Source of the DNA: Tubiluchus corallicola
Lineage: Eukaryota > Animalia > Priapulida
Direction of reading: 5' to 3'
Assembly: GCA_030141605.1 (NCBI GenBank)
Contig: JAQGDQ010000014.1
Coordinates: 434,001-498,000 of the forward strand
Length of the DNA: 64,000 nucleotides
Shown here piece by piece: positions 14,369 through 29,100 of this stretch (within the stretch, counting starts at the first letter, position 1; every line of letters begins with the position of its first letter). A program made the translations under genes and the position numbers. The notes under the pieces were generated by a model. That model saw only the letters and a program-made list of their open reading frames with translations, made no database searches and was not told where the DNA came from.

Positions 14369-14861
14369 ATATCACCATTTGTTCTTTTTTCTCTTTCTGG
14401 CTTTTGTTCTGCATTAATTTCTTTGTTTTTCTTGTTGCTACTGTTGAGTATTTTGTGTTCAAAAAATGAAGCCATTGCAGGTAATTGAAGCTATTGCAAA
14501 TTATTGTAGAAGATCAGCCATCTCTTATTTTTACTCTCTCAATTTGCACGCCTGACAATCGCGAGAACTCTGTGGCGGCAAGAGATGCCCATGTAAATTG
14601 TAATTTCTAAATTATACTTTATTGTGACTAATGGCACTCATTTGACGTGTTCGTGTATAATTGAGCGGCATCTAGATGCAGTGAACAACAGCGTCCATGA
14701 TTATAACGTGCCTCTGCAGTCTCCAACTCTCAATTGGCAAATAATTACCGGCTATTGACAAATTGACCCGCATCTCGCAAGCTCTGACATAGTAGGCTTC
14801 TGATAGTAAGTAATAGGTTAGAGGCATTGATTTCTGCCATTCGTGGTTAATACATCCACTG

Positions 14862-15175
14862 AGCTAGGGGGATCTATGACACCCCGGTTTGAGCATGTAC
14901 TAAGCTTGGAGCGGATCCATGATACCCGGGCTCGACACATCGTGTACTTTCGAATCTATGACAGCAAGCCTCAGTGAATGTCGTACATCATGCGCTAAGC
15001 TTAGGGAGGGTCTAAGACACCCAAAGTTGAGCGTCGTGTGCGCGCGGGCGGATCTATGACACCCAGGCTTGAACATCGCATACAACGTTACTAAGTTTGG
15101 GGCGCATCTACCACACCAAAGCTCGAGCATCACGCGCATTAATGTTCTTGGGGCGGACCATAGCCACAGACACGT
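14862..15175. repeat. GC-rich degenerate minisatellite, ~7 units of ~40-53 bp
   Basis: Recurring core ggcggatctatgacacccaggcttgagcatcg; flanked by direct repeat tacatccact (14851-14860, 15175-15184). Confidence 0.75.
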
Positions 15176-18100
15176 ACATCCACTAAATTAGAGACAGTTT
15201 CATGGTGTACAGTTTTGAGTTCTGAACAACATATGAGCAGTATGTAGCCCAGTACGAACAATGTGCAGAATCTTGTTCTGAAATCCATTCATGGAGTTGA
15301 TGGTAATGATGGGTACATGATATATTTTGTTACTTATATAAACTTAGTTCGCTTATATAGGAGGCATCCCACTGTGCTGTTCAGTTTCGAAACTAAAAAG
15401 GTGACTACAGAAAACGCTTTCGTCTGCCAGGTTGGACGTCAATTTTAAATTTATATTACTATTTATTTCGTACACGTAGTACATTTTTACAGAGACAATA
15501 CAAAAAAGACAATAAAGTTAGTACAAAGGTATGCAAATGTGTGAAAAAACAACAGACATACATTAAATTAAGTACATAAAAAGTGTTGAAGATATATACA
15601 AGTGCGACAAGTGTAGGTAAATACAGATAAAAACCAACACGATAAAGTTATGACTGGTAATTTATACATCTTATTATGTATATATGCAGTGTAACAAAAT
15701 GGTAGATTTGTTTGCTTTAAACAATAGTAATAATTTTTTTAGTTGAAGAGTGAATCTACAATGATGACGTGTACAATCTTCACAGTCTCTCTGTCTTACT
15801 GGTTTAATGAGAATAGCATCTCTTAGCTTGCTTAGAGCTTGTTCAAACACTGAAATAGGACTCTAACTATTTTCGCCGTCTCAAGGAGTACTTGGGAAGC
15901 GCAATATGAGCGTTTCCTTTCACATTCCGAGAATTGTCGCTACAAGGGAGAAATGTGACAAGCATTTTTATAGCACGGTGTACCGTAGTTGTTAAAGACA
16001 TCATAGACAACGCATTTTGAAGCGCCCTAGCGATTAGAAATGCATTAAGCATTGTGAAAAACATTATGCTGTGATGAATTAATAGAACAATTAATTATAC
16101 TAATAATTTGGCTGCATCTAAATTTAGCTTGCAGGCATCACGCTTTTTGGTAACTTAATTTGGCGATGTGGGAGTGTAGTTCATGCTTGTAATAACCCTG
16201 TGCCTTACTCGCTATCTAAATAATTTAAAGAAAAAAAAGGAAAAAAGTTGCACATCAATTCAGTTTTTTCCATGGTTGGCAATGCGTCACGACCATAAAC
16301 CATCAATATAAGACGTGTCTGTACAAGTACTACCAATAACTAGCAAATCATACCAGCCTATCTTCATTACTAATATCAGCTTTGAAGTTTTTATTTCATC
16401 TGGATTCAGCAGAACTGATGTTCGCAGAGCTGATGATATCGTTATCAGTCAATGATGGTATTTATCAACTATGATAGCATAATAACGATGATTATCAATG
16501 ATGTTAGTAGCAAGGGCCCCAGAATGATACCCCGAGGCACACCTTATATTGACAGCAATAGTCAAAATTGCATCTACAACAAAAATGTTTCTTAACAAAA
16601 TCATACTAATGTTTGACATAACTTCGTATGATTTATGGTTAGATTTCCAACGGCTAATTCTGTAATCTTCCTGTCTTAATTTTTGAAATAAACTGGCTTC
16701 AGTAACCCCGGAATTGCCGTAAAAGAGTTAAGCTGCTTATCGATTTTCTGTCGGACCGAAATTTTTCCCGGACACCGGTAAATTGCAATGGTTACTCAAT
16801 TCAGCAATTGATTGGACACGGACAGCAGCGGAGCACTGATCCCGTCAACACCACGCAGCTCGGATTCACTGACCACTGAAGCCATTCATCGTGTGTACAA
16901 TAATGTATTCAGCGCGCCGCCCGCCGGGTCAATTGCCAATTTGCATAAATAATCATGTTTAGAGGAAGTAATTGTCCGTTTGATCTAAATCTGAATGCCT
17001 AGTGTCTTGGTAAAAGACTAACAGTAACTGCAGGTCATAGTTGAGGATGGCAAGAATAATGCTCTTTTTGAGTTTAATACTGTTCCAGGAGCACCATAAT
17101 TTAGCCAATTTTTGTTTTATTTCAAGATTAAATAAAATACAGATTCGCAGCTTTTTCATCACGATCATCATCATTGCCGTAGTCGTCGTCGTCGTCGTCA
17201 CCACTATCATCATCTTCTTTGTCGTCGACGTCATCGTTCATCATATTGTCAGTAAAATTTCATCATCACGTGTGGTATTTAAAAAGTTTCTTAAATTTCA
17301 TTCCACAACTTTATCTAAGGACATAAGCTTTAACACTGCGTTTCTAATAGTTGAGTAGATGGCGCCGCCTGCTTGGTAAAATAAAGAATAGCAAAGTGTT
17401 TAGAGCTGCAACTGCTTAGCGCCTCAAGGTAAATCGTCCTTAGCTTGGTTAACTATTGATTTGATACATGCCATGAAAACTCGGCAGTTTAATCTGTTAT
17501 ACACCTTAAACTATTTTTATTTCGATGAGGAAGGAACACGACCAAGACATCTCTTCCGGTTCAGTTGATTCACCTCAGGAGATTAAGACTACTATCTAGA
17601 CTAAGTACGCTCCGCCATTGAGTGCTAGACGTAGACTGCAGAGTACAGAACTGTATATGTCAAAAATTAATAAAATTGAAAAATACTGTTGTAAAATTAG
17701 ATCAGCATAGTAAGATATGATATATACAAATACATCAAATACAAATTTTCAATAAAAAGGTTTAGGCCTGTTGCTGTTGCTGACATCTCACTGATTAATT
17801 TTCAGTTTGATGCTATAACATAGCGTATCTTCGGAAAAAATATTTTGTTGCAGAAAATTTCTGTTAAAATATTTTAGCTTCCTATGTTGTTCTCATTAAC
17901 TTTCAAACTTTGTTAAAACGCGTATAACGAAAAAGCACATTGGATTTATTTTTTTAAAACATCAACTTATTGGTAGTATAATTAGGAAGGGAAAGTGGTG
18001 TTTGCATCACACAGTTGCAGTTCAATTTTATAAAGATGTTTCATGGCTTCTAAACACGTAATCGAAGAAAAAATTTAATTTTCTTTTAGTCTATCTTGTA

Positions 18101-20039
18101 TTTGTCTATCTTTTAATTCTTGATGAACTGTTAAGTGCTTTAAATTCAGCAATGATGAGGTTGTTGTCTTGTGAAACAACTTTTGCAAGCGCGAGAAAGT
18201 GAAAATTTATATTCAGCAACTTTTTGCTTTCATCATGAACATAATTCATTAACTTTTTAGAAAGTAAACTTAGAAGAAATGAAAACAGAAGAAATGAAAT
18301 GAGAAACAGTCGTAGATTACATACTTAGCAGTTAATAGCATTGATAACACTGTTCGCGATAGGACTTAAACAGTTGACAATGTGACCAAAAACTATTATT
18401 GGATTAGACAGCAATTTGTTAAATAACTGATTACAAAAATGATTTTTTCCATCATGAAGCCTAGAGGGCGTCGTAAAGGGTCTGGGTAAGGCTAGGGTGG
18501 AATACACGGCAAGGAGAGCGTAAAGCAAACAGAAAACAGGGAAGACAGGGTAGAATAAGAGAAATTAGGGAATGAAACAGAAAATGCGAAGAAAAAAAGC
18601 AGGCATGTATGTTTTTATATTACAAGGTAAAAAAATAACCACTAAAACACCTGCATATATGTATTTGTAAATAACGGAGGGCCTCCTTGGAAAGCAGTGC
18701 TAAGCACTTGAAGGAGCTAGCCTCTTACAAGATTGCTAAAAAATATAAATATCATTAGTTTTAACCAAAATATGGAGAATATAACTAGCACCAAAGTTGA
18801 CAAAGTAAAATTATATGATATGCAATTATGGTGCTACTTGTTTTTCCACGCTCTTGAGTTCACACTGGCGATGGCAAGTAGTGTCATTTCTGAAAAACCT
18901 GTTAGTGTTTATAAAATTTCTGCACTAACCATGATTTCTGAAATTGTTTCAGTGGCTATTTTTGTGGGACTGATGGCATTTTCCCGTGAAATTTCTATAT
19001 TACAATTATTAATTAAACGCACACATTATAGCAGGGTGTTGCTACATGAAGAAATAACTCTATACGGAATTTTAAACTTTACTGTAAAAATTAAATCAGG
19101 CAAATAAACGAAAACATACGTGGTAATACAACAAATCCATTCTATTCCTTTATTCGTTCAGACAACAATGTTTTCACAAATTTCTACAACTCTAAGCACG
19201 TGAAAACGTGATTACTATTGCACTCAATACTACTGTAATCACTGTTGACTCTACTTTAACTTCATTTTAGTTGAATTGTTATAACATCGAAATGTTTCAA
19301 GTTATAGTAGCGAACTTTCAGCACATGTGAGAAAAGGAGGAGGAGAAAGAGGGGAGGAGGACGAGAGAGAGTGAGAAAAAGAGGGAGAAGGGGAGAGAGA
19401 GAGAGATCTTTGGACCTTTGGTCACTGAAATTGTTGTTTAGCAGTTGTTGGATGACCACTACACGTGTTCGAACTAACAGTTGTTGTTCGTCTCGAGTTA
19501 GCGGTGTGCCAACGTCCTTGCTTGTTTTGGAGCAATTGGTTGACATTTGAAGAGAAAGTGAAGTGGAAAACAGTCACATTGTCAGCGCAAATTCGCACAG
19601 CCCTGTCACTTTTATCTGCCAGCAATGCAGCGTGCTTACAGATTCATTGTCGTGTATTAAGTCTCTACATACACACACGCTCACTCACACAGGCAGAGGA
19701 AATTACTTGATTTTCACTGCGGATTTATCGTCGAGAGATTTGTCCGTTTTCCGATGCAGCACCAGAGTGCAGGCCGGCACTGTCCGACACAGCTTACCCG
19801 GATTAATAGGACGCTAGGGGCTGAACCATGACCATATCAACGAATAGAAGTACATAGCTGACTTATGATTAGAAAACAGGGTTGATTCATAATTAGAAAT
19901 TTATAAATTATTATTAGGATGGACTTGCGTGTGATCAGTTCTACGAGCTACGATTCAAATAACAATGATTTGTGGCTAGATTCATGATTAATCTACAATT
20001 TACATCATTGTGTAAGACACTGTTCTATGATGGACGTGA

Positions 20040-20125
20040 ATAGTTGAGCGATTGTTATGTGCTTAGTGATCGTAGTTAAGCAACCGAGAGCCTGGATAGT
20101 GATTGATGGGTGACCACCAGGTTGA
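20040..20125 (+). mobile_element. 5S rRNA-derived SINE head (SINE3-like) / 5S pseudogene fragment
   Basis: gatcgtagttaagcaaccgagagcctggatagtgattgatgggtgaccacc follows the 5S A-box to C-box region (GAAGTTAAGC...GCCTGGTTAGTACTTGGATGGGTGACCGCC); 5S ends are absent. Confidence 0.6.
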
Positions 20126-23100
20126 GTACTAGCCCCGTTTCATCTGCCATGCTACCCTTGAGTATTGTACTGGCTGAGGGGGATATGTTTATAATACTTC
20201 TGAATGTGACTGCGACACTTCTGTCGGTCCAGTGCCTCATCTTAGAATATCAATGAAATTGGTTCCAGTCCGTGACAGTTATTTACATTAAACAGCACTG
20301 CAACCTTGGGGACTGGTTAAATGTGTTAGCGTCTTATTCTTCAATAATTAAGATTTTGCCAAATGGTTGTACTGAAGGCACTAAAGGTTGTATTAAATGT
20401 ACTCAGTAAAGGCAATTTTTGTGGCTGGTTTGCTTGCCATGCCAAAATACACAATATTTACTAAGATGATGTGCATATCGAAAATTTCATGTATAAAAAA
20501 CATAACATTTGTTTCTCTTCTTGTTAAATTATTACAAGTTACACGAAGGACACCTTTTCATTGTTGCAAAGGAATTTTGCGTAAATTTACAAAATGTTGT
20601 ATTTTTTAGAAAATACATTTTTAAGAAATTTCCTAGTTACGCAGCTTAACCATTTGCGCACAATCTTGCGCTTATATTAAAAATTACGCGTTCTGATCTC
20701 CATGACCAGGGCTAAGATCTTTATTTGCCCAGAAAAAAAGCTAATTTTAAATCGACGTGTAAAAGACGGTGGGCACGTTTAGAGTAATGAATTTTTTATT
20801 TACATTTGTCCCTGTGTTTTTTAAGTTTGATTAGTAGCTTAGAAATGTTAATAATGACGTCATTGCATGACGACGAGTTTTTTTACGTGCGTTTCACACA
20901 TTTTTGTCATAACGAAATTTCTAATAGGGGGAGTGATTTAACGAGGCTATGCTGACGTCATGACCATGTTGTCCTGGGCTAAATCTAGCTGTCAAATCCT
21001 GAGACCTAGACTTCTTCTTGCAGATGGGCAGAGAAAAGCAAGAGTGGTGCCTTGTAGCATGCTTTTTGGTTTTTCACTTGCGAAGTAACCTATAATGAAG
21101 TGTGTTTCGCTGTGATGTAATAGTTTTTAGTTACTCGCTTATTTTTTAGTTATTATATTTGGAAAAGGCCGTAGCCGTGCGTGTAGAGCAGCTAGGAATT
21201 GGGAATTTGGGGCAATGATGCTTTGTCATGGTAACACTTCATATCTCAAAGCTCATGCGAATCAGGACGGAATTGGCCATGCGACAGCCAAAAATGAAAA
21301 CGTAATTTAATAGGAAAATTAGAGTTTTCTTAAGCTGGCTTCTTTTTCCACAAAAGTACAGATCATTTTTAACAATCTTGTTAAAATCTCAGGTTTTTTT
21401 TAGTGCAAAATGTGAAACTCTTGGGCTTGCACTCTAGTTAAGCTTGCACTTGGCTTTTTTCTTGAGTTCGACAGTTGTTGATGCTCTCGATTGAAGCCTT
21501 GCATCTCGACACTTTTGCATCCTTTGTTGACTGTTGCTTTGGTCTCCAAATTCCTCGACCACTAATGAAAGAATTTTTAATTATCTCCTCCAAAGTAGGC
21601 GCGCTCACGCTGGAATGCAGCTACAGTGATCGATTCGTGGGACTCAAGTCTTTGAATCAATATGCGACGTTTCTATGGCAACTAAAATTCTCAGATTGTG
21701 AAAATGCGCACTGGATTTTTTTTATTAAAATATCAAGTTGTTGATCGTGTAATTTAGAAGAAAAACTGGGTTTCACGTTACACAAACACCGCTACAGTTA
21801 AATTTTTTAGAAGTGATTTGTTTTTTCTTTTCCAAGAAAAGACCTCTAATCGAAAAAACAACATTTTTAATTTGCTTTGTCTACCTTTGATGAACAACTG
21901 AATTTATGTTTTTCGGGTAACGATGAGATTACTTTTTTGAAACAAACTTTTGTAAGTGTGAAACTTTATATGTAGTACTTTATAATTTCGGATGGTGCCA
22001 AACGCTTAGCGAAATGTTATGCAGTGAACAGACCAACTGAAAGTTGTGGTATAGATCACAGTGAAGAAACATTTTCATGCACATAATGCAATCACAGGTT
22101 CCCTGGTTTATTAAAGTAGCTAAACTCAGGTTTCAGATTTGACATCGAAAATTGATCTCAGACACACCAAAAAAGAGGAAATGAAAGAGACGTCTGTTAG
22201 ATCGTGGGCCAACGTGTTTTGATGTAAAAATGTAAGGCTAAGCAAGTCTTATGATCAATCCGAATTGCATGGAAAATTGTCATTATTTTTAATTACTCAC
22301 TTATACATATTCGACATAATCTTGATCTTTGCTAATGTGTATGATATAATGATCTTACGCTGGTAGTAATAGTATTTTTATTGTCATTAAGACCAACAAG
22401 ATTACATGTACATTTACAACAACGACACGTGTAACTCGCAATATTACAAACGAAGCAGATATTAGTTTAAATTTGCTAAAGTGTAGCACAAACATTTACA
22501 GCAATGGCAGTAAATTTTTTTAACATACTATCTTCTGGAACGGTATTAACAACCAGTAACAATTTAGTGATAAAATTTGAGCTAATTTTACTGTCACTTA
22601 CATAAATAATTAAGAAAGTCACCTAAAAATATTCCGCAGGTTAAAAGGTCGATATCACGAAACTCCAGAACATTACTTAAATTTAGATTGTATTTTTCTC
22701 TTACCGCTTTTGTAAATTCGCAAACAGTAACATGTTCTTTCTCTGGCACTGCTTTACTGCAGGGTCACAGCCTTAGGTATTGTGGGATAGGGGACCTATA
22801 ACTCACAGTTGATATAGCTAACTTTTAATGCGAATCAGTGTCGCTGGTGTATATCAGCCTCCACAAGAAGAATGATTATAGTTTACTGAAACCCTGCAGC
22901 TAATCGTCGTGTAATTACTATGGGTTAGTATCAAATTTCTCAACCTCGCTCATTGACAACTGCACGACCTACTTAATAGGAATCTCACATTAAATTGTGC
23001 CTATTTAAATATATGCCGTGGAAAACGGACTTTCCGTTTTGCACATTAGGTGCTTAAATTCAACTTTGAAAAAATGTTTATAACATGACTGTTTGCATGT

Positions 23101-26100
23101 CATTGTGATATTTCTTCTTTTTCAACAATTATAGTAAAAGTAAGAAAGTCAAGCAGAACCTCACTGTAAGCTTCTACCGCTTAAAATCCTATTCTCATTA
23201 CGAATATTCAATTTATTTTTTATAAACATGCTGTAAAACTTGTTTCTTTTGATTTTTTATCACATCGCTGTTAGCTGTATTAAGTTTGAAGAATCGTCAT
23301 TTTTTTGCTGCGCGAGATGAATAACGTAATGAGTGCAGTCACGAGGTCACCAAAGATCGGTAAAGAAACATCGGTAACCAAAGACGCTTTCTGTATTACG
23401 TATGTCATTCTTGCTCATAGACGCAAAACTTGGCGTCTTTATGGCAATGCACGTGTTCGAAATTCGCCAGAAAAAGCTAAGTTATTTAATTTATGAGTTT
23501 CCTTTCTGTAAAAATAAGTATAACTTCTTTGAGCAATCATTAGAATGCGTTGAAAAACTTCTATGTCTGTTGGGGTTATATAGGCCTTTAAGCGATTAGC
23601 TATGTTAACGATAGCGATGAGACTTTGCCACGAGTTTTGATTTTTACTTCTACTGAATTTTTGCTTCACATCAACTTGAACAAATATGCAGAATAACCAG
23701 TTTACGGAGATTTTCTCGATTTTATACACATAAGCTTAGAGAATAAAGTAATTCATTATTAACAACAATGATTATAATGAATGTAGATATGAAGTCTCTG
23801 GTCATATGCAGGAATATTTATGCCGTAACAAACAAAATACTATTGGAAATTTATCTCCATAACACTCAAATTCTACACAATAATACATTTCGTGTGGCTG
23901 CCAAAACCAGGTTCAAATCTGGGCTGCAGTACAGCTTTTCATACTTGCAGTCTCTCAAGTTCGGAATCGAAAATTAATCGTTAATAATAACCTTGACATT
24001 AAAATTATAATAAATAATGTATATACGTAGGTTGTAATGTGTATGCGTAGGCAGTGAGCAGTGAGTCTGCTTAATCAGAGCTTCTAGGACTTTTTCCGAG
24101 GGGACGCTAGTAAATCGAAATGGACAATTTCTCTTCGTGTTAATTTTATGCTAAAGCTTTATGAACATTGCAATAAGATTAAACACAGCCTGTTGATATA
24201 CTTGACGCATGAAGTTATCCGATTCCAAATCGCAAAAATGAAGTTAATTGCAACTGAAGTTTTTACTAAGCCGTAAAATATGTAGAGTTACGTACTCTAT
24301 ATTAATGCCCCAAACGCAGAGAAACTATATTCACCCTCCTTTGTCACTTATTCGTTCCACGTAAGTCGTCTGACATTTGAGTGTAAGAAGTTCTCGTTTA
24401 CAAATAGAAAAATACAAATAGAATAGTTTGTAGAACTGCAATGCGGTTAGACGCTAAAGTGCCTACTAGGTTTGAAATTTCCTAAACTAGTTGACTGAAC
24501 GGTGTCTGCTAAATATGTCGCTTTATTATTAGAAAGTGAGTAAAGACATCTTTTATAATAACGGTAATAATGAATGATATCTATGTTTCTCCACGGGCAC
24601 TTAAACCTGTCAACTTAGATAAAATACAAATGGAGTGTCGTAAATGGGTGTTTAGCTATAATGCGGCCGCGCCAGACCAATCTAACAAACAGCAACGCGG
24701 ACTCCCTAAACTGATGAGTATTTTGAGCCGATAAGGGAAAATCAATAAGCTTTTTTCAGCCAATAGCGGGAATCAGTGTGAACGCAATATGGCTAATTGG
24801 GATTGGAATAATGCTGGCGCTTCGTCCTTAAATAGTTTACTAATCATTTGTGTAAAACTGCTTACTGGCTGTCTGATAATGATAGCAGGTAATACGAAAC
24901 CTAAATGGCCAGGTCTATATTCATAGTGACTTTGGTAACATCTGTTGACTAACTAACCAACCATCTGAAGAGAAAGACTGACCACCTCAAAAAATTAACC
25001 AGTAAAACGATCCGATTGACTGGCCTGATTAAATTAGGGTGTAGCAGACTGGCTGATTTATCAACCAGTCAATGGAAAGAACGATTGTATATAGACAGAC
25101 AAACAAATGAATAGAAAAACGAATAAATCATGTATCTGACTGATCTTCTGCCGACGGATGGATGGACAGAGTAACAGCATGCCTGAAAATTTTAAGCAGC
25201 GTGTTCTGTTGAATTTTAAACAAACTTGCATTTTATGTCTTTAAATTTTTCTGTGTTATAAAGTACTAAATGTCTATAGCGTTTTCTATATTGGCTGGCC
25301 GCTCCCTTGCGAGAAATTTTCAATTTACACACTCTATTCTTGTCTACGACCTACCGATAGTGTTTTAATTGAGCGAACAAAATAGATGTGATCTTCTCTT
25401 AGTAAATCATAATAAAATCTGCTCAATGTCTTATGTTGTTGCTATGCTTAATAGTTTATGCGCATGATTGCACTATTATCCCCCGGCTGATTAAACCAGC
25501 ATAATAATAATAATACGTTTTTATCTGAATCGTTTAGCGCTGCATGTAGATTAGATTTGCTGGTGTTTGTGTCACTGGGTTGTTGTTGTTGTTGTAGTCA
25601 TCATCATCGTCGTCGTCGTCGTCGTCGATGTGTTGATCAGTTACTTTATTTTCCAATATTTAGTCATTTTATTTGGCTTTTGGTACTAGTAAGAGTGACG
25701 CATGGGCGATGTTGAACAAAACACTCTCCTTGTATGTAGATCAAAACAAAACCTATCCGTGACTGACATACGGAACAACTGACTTCTTGGCCGACCGACC
25801 TATAAGCCATGCAATGATTTACCAAACCAATAAAAGAGTTAAATTAAGAAATTAAGTACAAAAAGAAAAACAGGAAGAATGAAAAAAACTGGCAGTAAAA
25901 GATGAAAAAGCGAAGCTGTGTGCACAGTTTTACTCCCTCATTACTTCTTTTTTTCACAAAGCGGTAATTAGTAGCTGATTAAATGCGCAGAAATGGTCGC
26001 TTATCTGAGTGGCTAAATTGTATTTGAAAACCAACAGTGTGAATGTTGACACACCGGGATTACGGCTGTGTGCACAAACGAAGATAAGCTCGTGGAGTGA

Positions 26101-29100
26101 GAATCATGCGCATAGACTAGCGCGCCTAGCGAGCTTTGTGCGAATTATTTTTCCGACTTGTAAAATCGACGTTTATCTCTGCAGTCTGCACATTGTTTTG
26201 GTCCTTTTTTGCGTCAAAAATTTACTTCATTTATTCACAATCATTCATTTCCTCTGGCTTATGTCAATTTTTTGGGATTTCTATTCTGCAATGCTGTAAC
26301 AGGCATTCTCGGGTTTCGAACCTCCTTGCAAGACCTTTGCAGCTGTTTTTACAGCATCTCTGAAACATAATGACTTGCGAAAAATGAATATTTTTAAGTT
26401 AACATATTAAAATTATTAATAGTAATACTAATTTGTTCTTTAAGAACCTAGTCTATATAAGATTACAAAAAAACGTAGAATACATTTTGAAACTACTGCT
26501 GCAGCAGACTGTGATAAAAAGAATATAGTTGGAACAAAAATTCAAAAAGATATGACATTGAACTGCAAGGGCGCAGTGAGAATTATTAATATTATATATA
26601 TATATATATATTAAAGATCATTATTAAAAATTTGCCTTCTGAAAGTCTTCTTTGCTTTCTTAACATTTGTGTTATATGATGATAAGCAGAATAGGACTTA
26701 TGGCGTCGATACAAGCTGACCAAAGAAGTCAACTTTTAAGGCGACCTCTACAACTCGACATAAAGACGAGCAACGAAAAGAAAAAAGTATAACATGCATT
26801 TAATTTTACTAGACCTTTGCTTGAGCCCACCATTGATCTGGCTTTAATGGAATTTTCCAGACGGACGAACAAACGTTGCTTACCTAGTTGGAGAGTTTGC
26901 TTGCAAATTATGGCCAAACTCGGGAATGGTACTCGTGTATAGAAGTCAATGACTTTGAAGTTTGGCTTTAAAATATCAGTAATAATTATGTCCTTTTGGC
27001 TACGTTTGTCAGTTCGTCTCATTATCTGTTTGTACGTGTCTTTGTATACTGCAACGCTTCAGCACGCTGCCTCAGAGTCTAGATCCAACGTTAATTAACT
27101 GTGTATCATTCTAATGTATCACCCAATGTGGCCGCCAAGCTGATTTCGAAAAAAAATGGAAAAGTAATTTTTGGGTTAAGGCAAATATTTAAATTTTTCA
27201 AAATGTATAGGATGTCTAATCTCCAAAAATTTTGAACGAACCTTACGACCAGTACATTACGTGCTAGACTAAATGTAGCTTACTACCATCTCAAGGTATC
27301 TTAGCCGGATATAATGTAGATTTTCTCTCAACGAAATAAAGAGTTAGAGTATGGCAGACGAAACTTCCCAGGAGCAGTTTTTCTCGGCACCCATTTATCA
27401 GCTAGGTTTACTGCTGCTTGAATATGTAACCAAGCACGTATTGTGATCACTATAGAAATTATCTAATGGAAAAATAGAATTCATGTTTTATAAGTAACTT
27501 AAACCCTTTCAGGAGGACTAGTTGCCCCACTTTTATTTGCTCTTCCAGACAGCTCAATGCAAAACATATGAATTTGAATTATTTATATGAAAACATATGA
27601 ATTATGACTTTTTAGTATTGGAAAAGTTTTAATGGGATGCATTTACTTCTTCCCTACTTTTTTCTTTCTTTTTTACCTACTCGTACCTCCTTTCTTACTC
27701 CCTCGCTCACTTACTTATACGACAAGAAAAGGACACAATGCAAAGGATTTTCGAACGTTGACAGGATGTATTCAGAGGTCGGTCATTCCTATTCACTTCC
27801 AGCAGTTGAAAAAAATCAATAAGTACGATAATTATAACTCAGGATGCTCATATCTTCGGCCAGGCTGTATCGGCCTGTGAATAATTGCGCTGGGATTACT
27901 TTTAATACATACAAAGACTGTAATTAATAGCCCTTTGCCATGTTTGGGGGACAGTTCTGACAGGTAGTTGTTAACGTGTTAAATAAATACTAGGATTCAA
28001 TGAATTAGAATGAACGATGGCGGTATGAATCAAGCGAGAATGAAGCCGTTATTCCACAGCAAGATTCATTAATTTGCATACAACTAGCGGATGCGTTCGC
28101 GTGACGTCACTCGGGCACTAATTTTGGTCGCGGAGCTTACGTCATCGTGTGGAAAATCGTCGCGTGTGAGCGAACTTTTTCGACGGCGAGACGAAATTGA
28201 TTTTATTATCGAGGAGTTAAAGCGACAACTTACAAGGAGTGAATGGGCAGCAGCTTAAATAGTTCATGAATATCTTATATAATGTAGTCAAGCGTGAGGA
28301 TCGCGGAGAAATTTCCTCTTACAGAAACGACAGAGCAGGAGATCCGTACTAATCAGGCTAAGCTCGGAATATTGAAATTGTTGTACAGCAATTGTAAAAA
28401 ATTGTACATGCAGGACTGTCAGGACCTAGAGAAAAGCCAGATTCATTTAAATTTATTGATAGGTAAAACGACATTTTCAGGATACGTAGAAAGCCTATGA
28501 ACATTTAAACACGCGAACTAAAAGATACGTTAGACATTATTGTCAAAGACCTGCCTTACGAACGAGTGCCCCCACACAAATTCAACAATTTAGTCGGTGC
28601 ATTTTTAATACCAGTCTTATTTTAGCGCATAAGGCAGGAATTAATTCAAATCGTAATCAGATCGTGTATACCCGAAACTGAAATTAAAAAGCAGATGCAA
28701 CAGATAACAGGACGACGAGTGCACGTAGTATGATGTGGCCTAGTATACCAGTTGGCAGAACACTGTCTATCGTGTGTGAGAGGTAGTAGACGAAACAGGG
28801 GAGGGCAAAATGTCAGACTCATCTTATTTAGTTCACTGTTGCTACAGTCTTTTGTTCAAATAGGTTCTTTTTGGCTTCTTGTAACTACCATCTTCAAGGC
28901 TTCAGGTGTTGCTGCTAGTTTACATCTTTTTAGTCCAGGCGAAACGGTGAGTCTTTTGTCATATTTTGAGGACGCCTTGATTTTGTTTTTCAGTCATGAT
29001 TTTCTTCAATTAAATTTCTTGGATGATCTTTTAAGCTTTATTGAACTTTTTTGCAATCTGAGTAGTTCGTCAATCATAAGAGTAGGACTAATCATAACTC

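Noticed and set aside
14862-15175. Repeat-plus-variable-tail array resembling CRISPR
   Set aside because: Repeats are strongly diverged, the tails are related to each other, there are no cas genes and the context is eukaryotic.
16810-19790. RE1/NRSE half-sites (acggacagc at ~16818; cagcacc and gcactgtccg at ~19756-19785)
   Set aside because: Only half-sites with non-canonical spacing and orientation; not supportable in an invertebrate.
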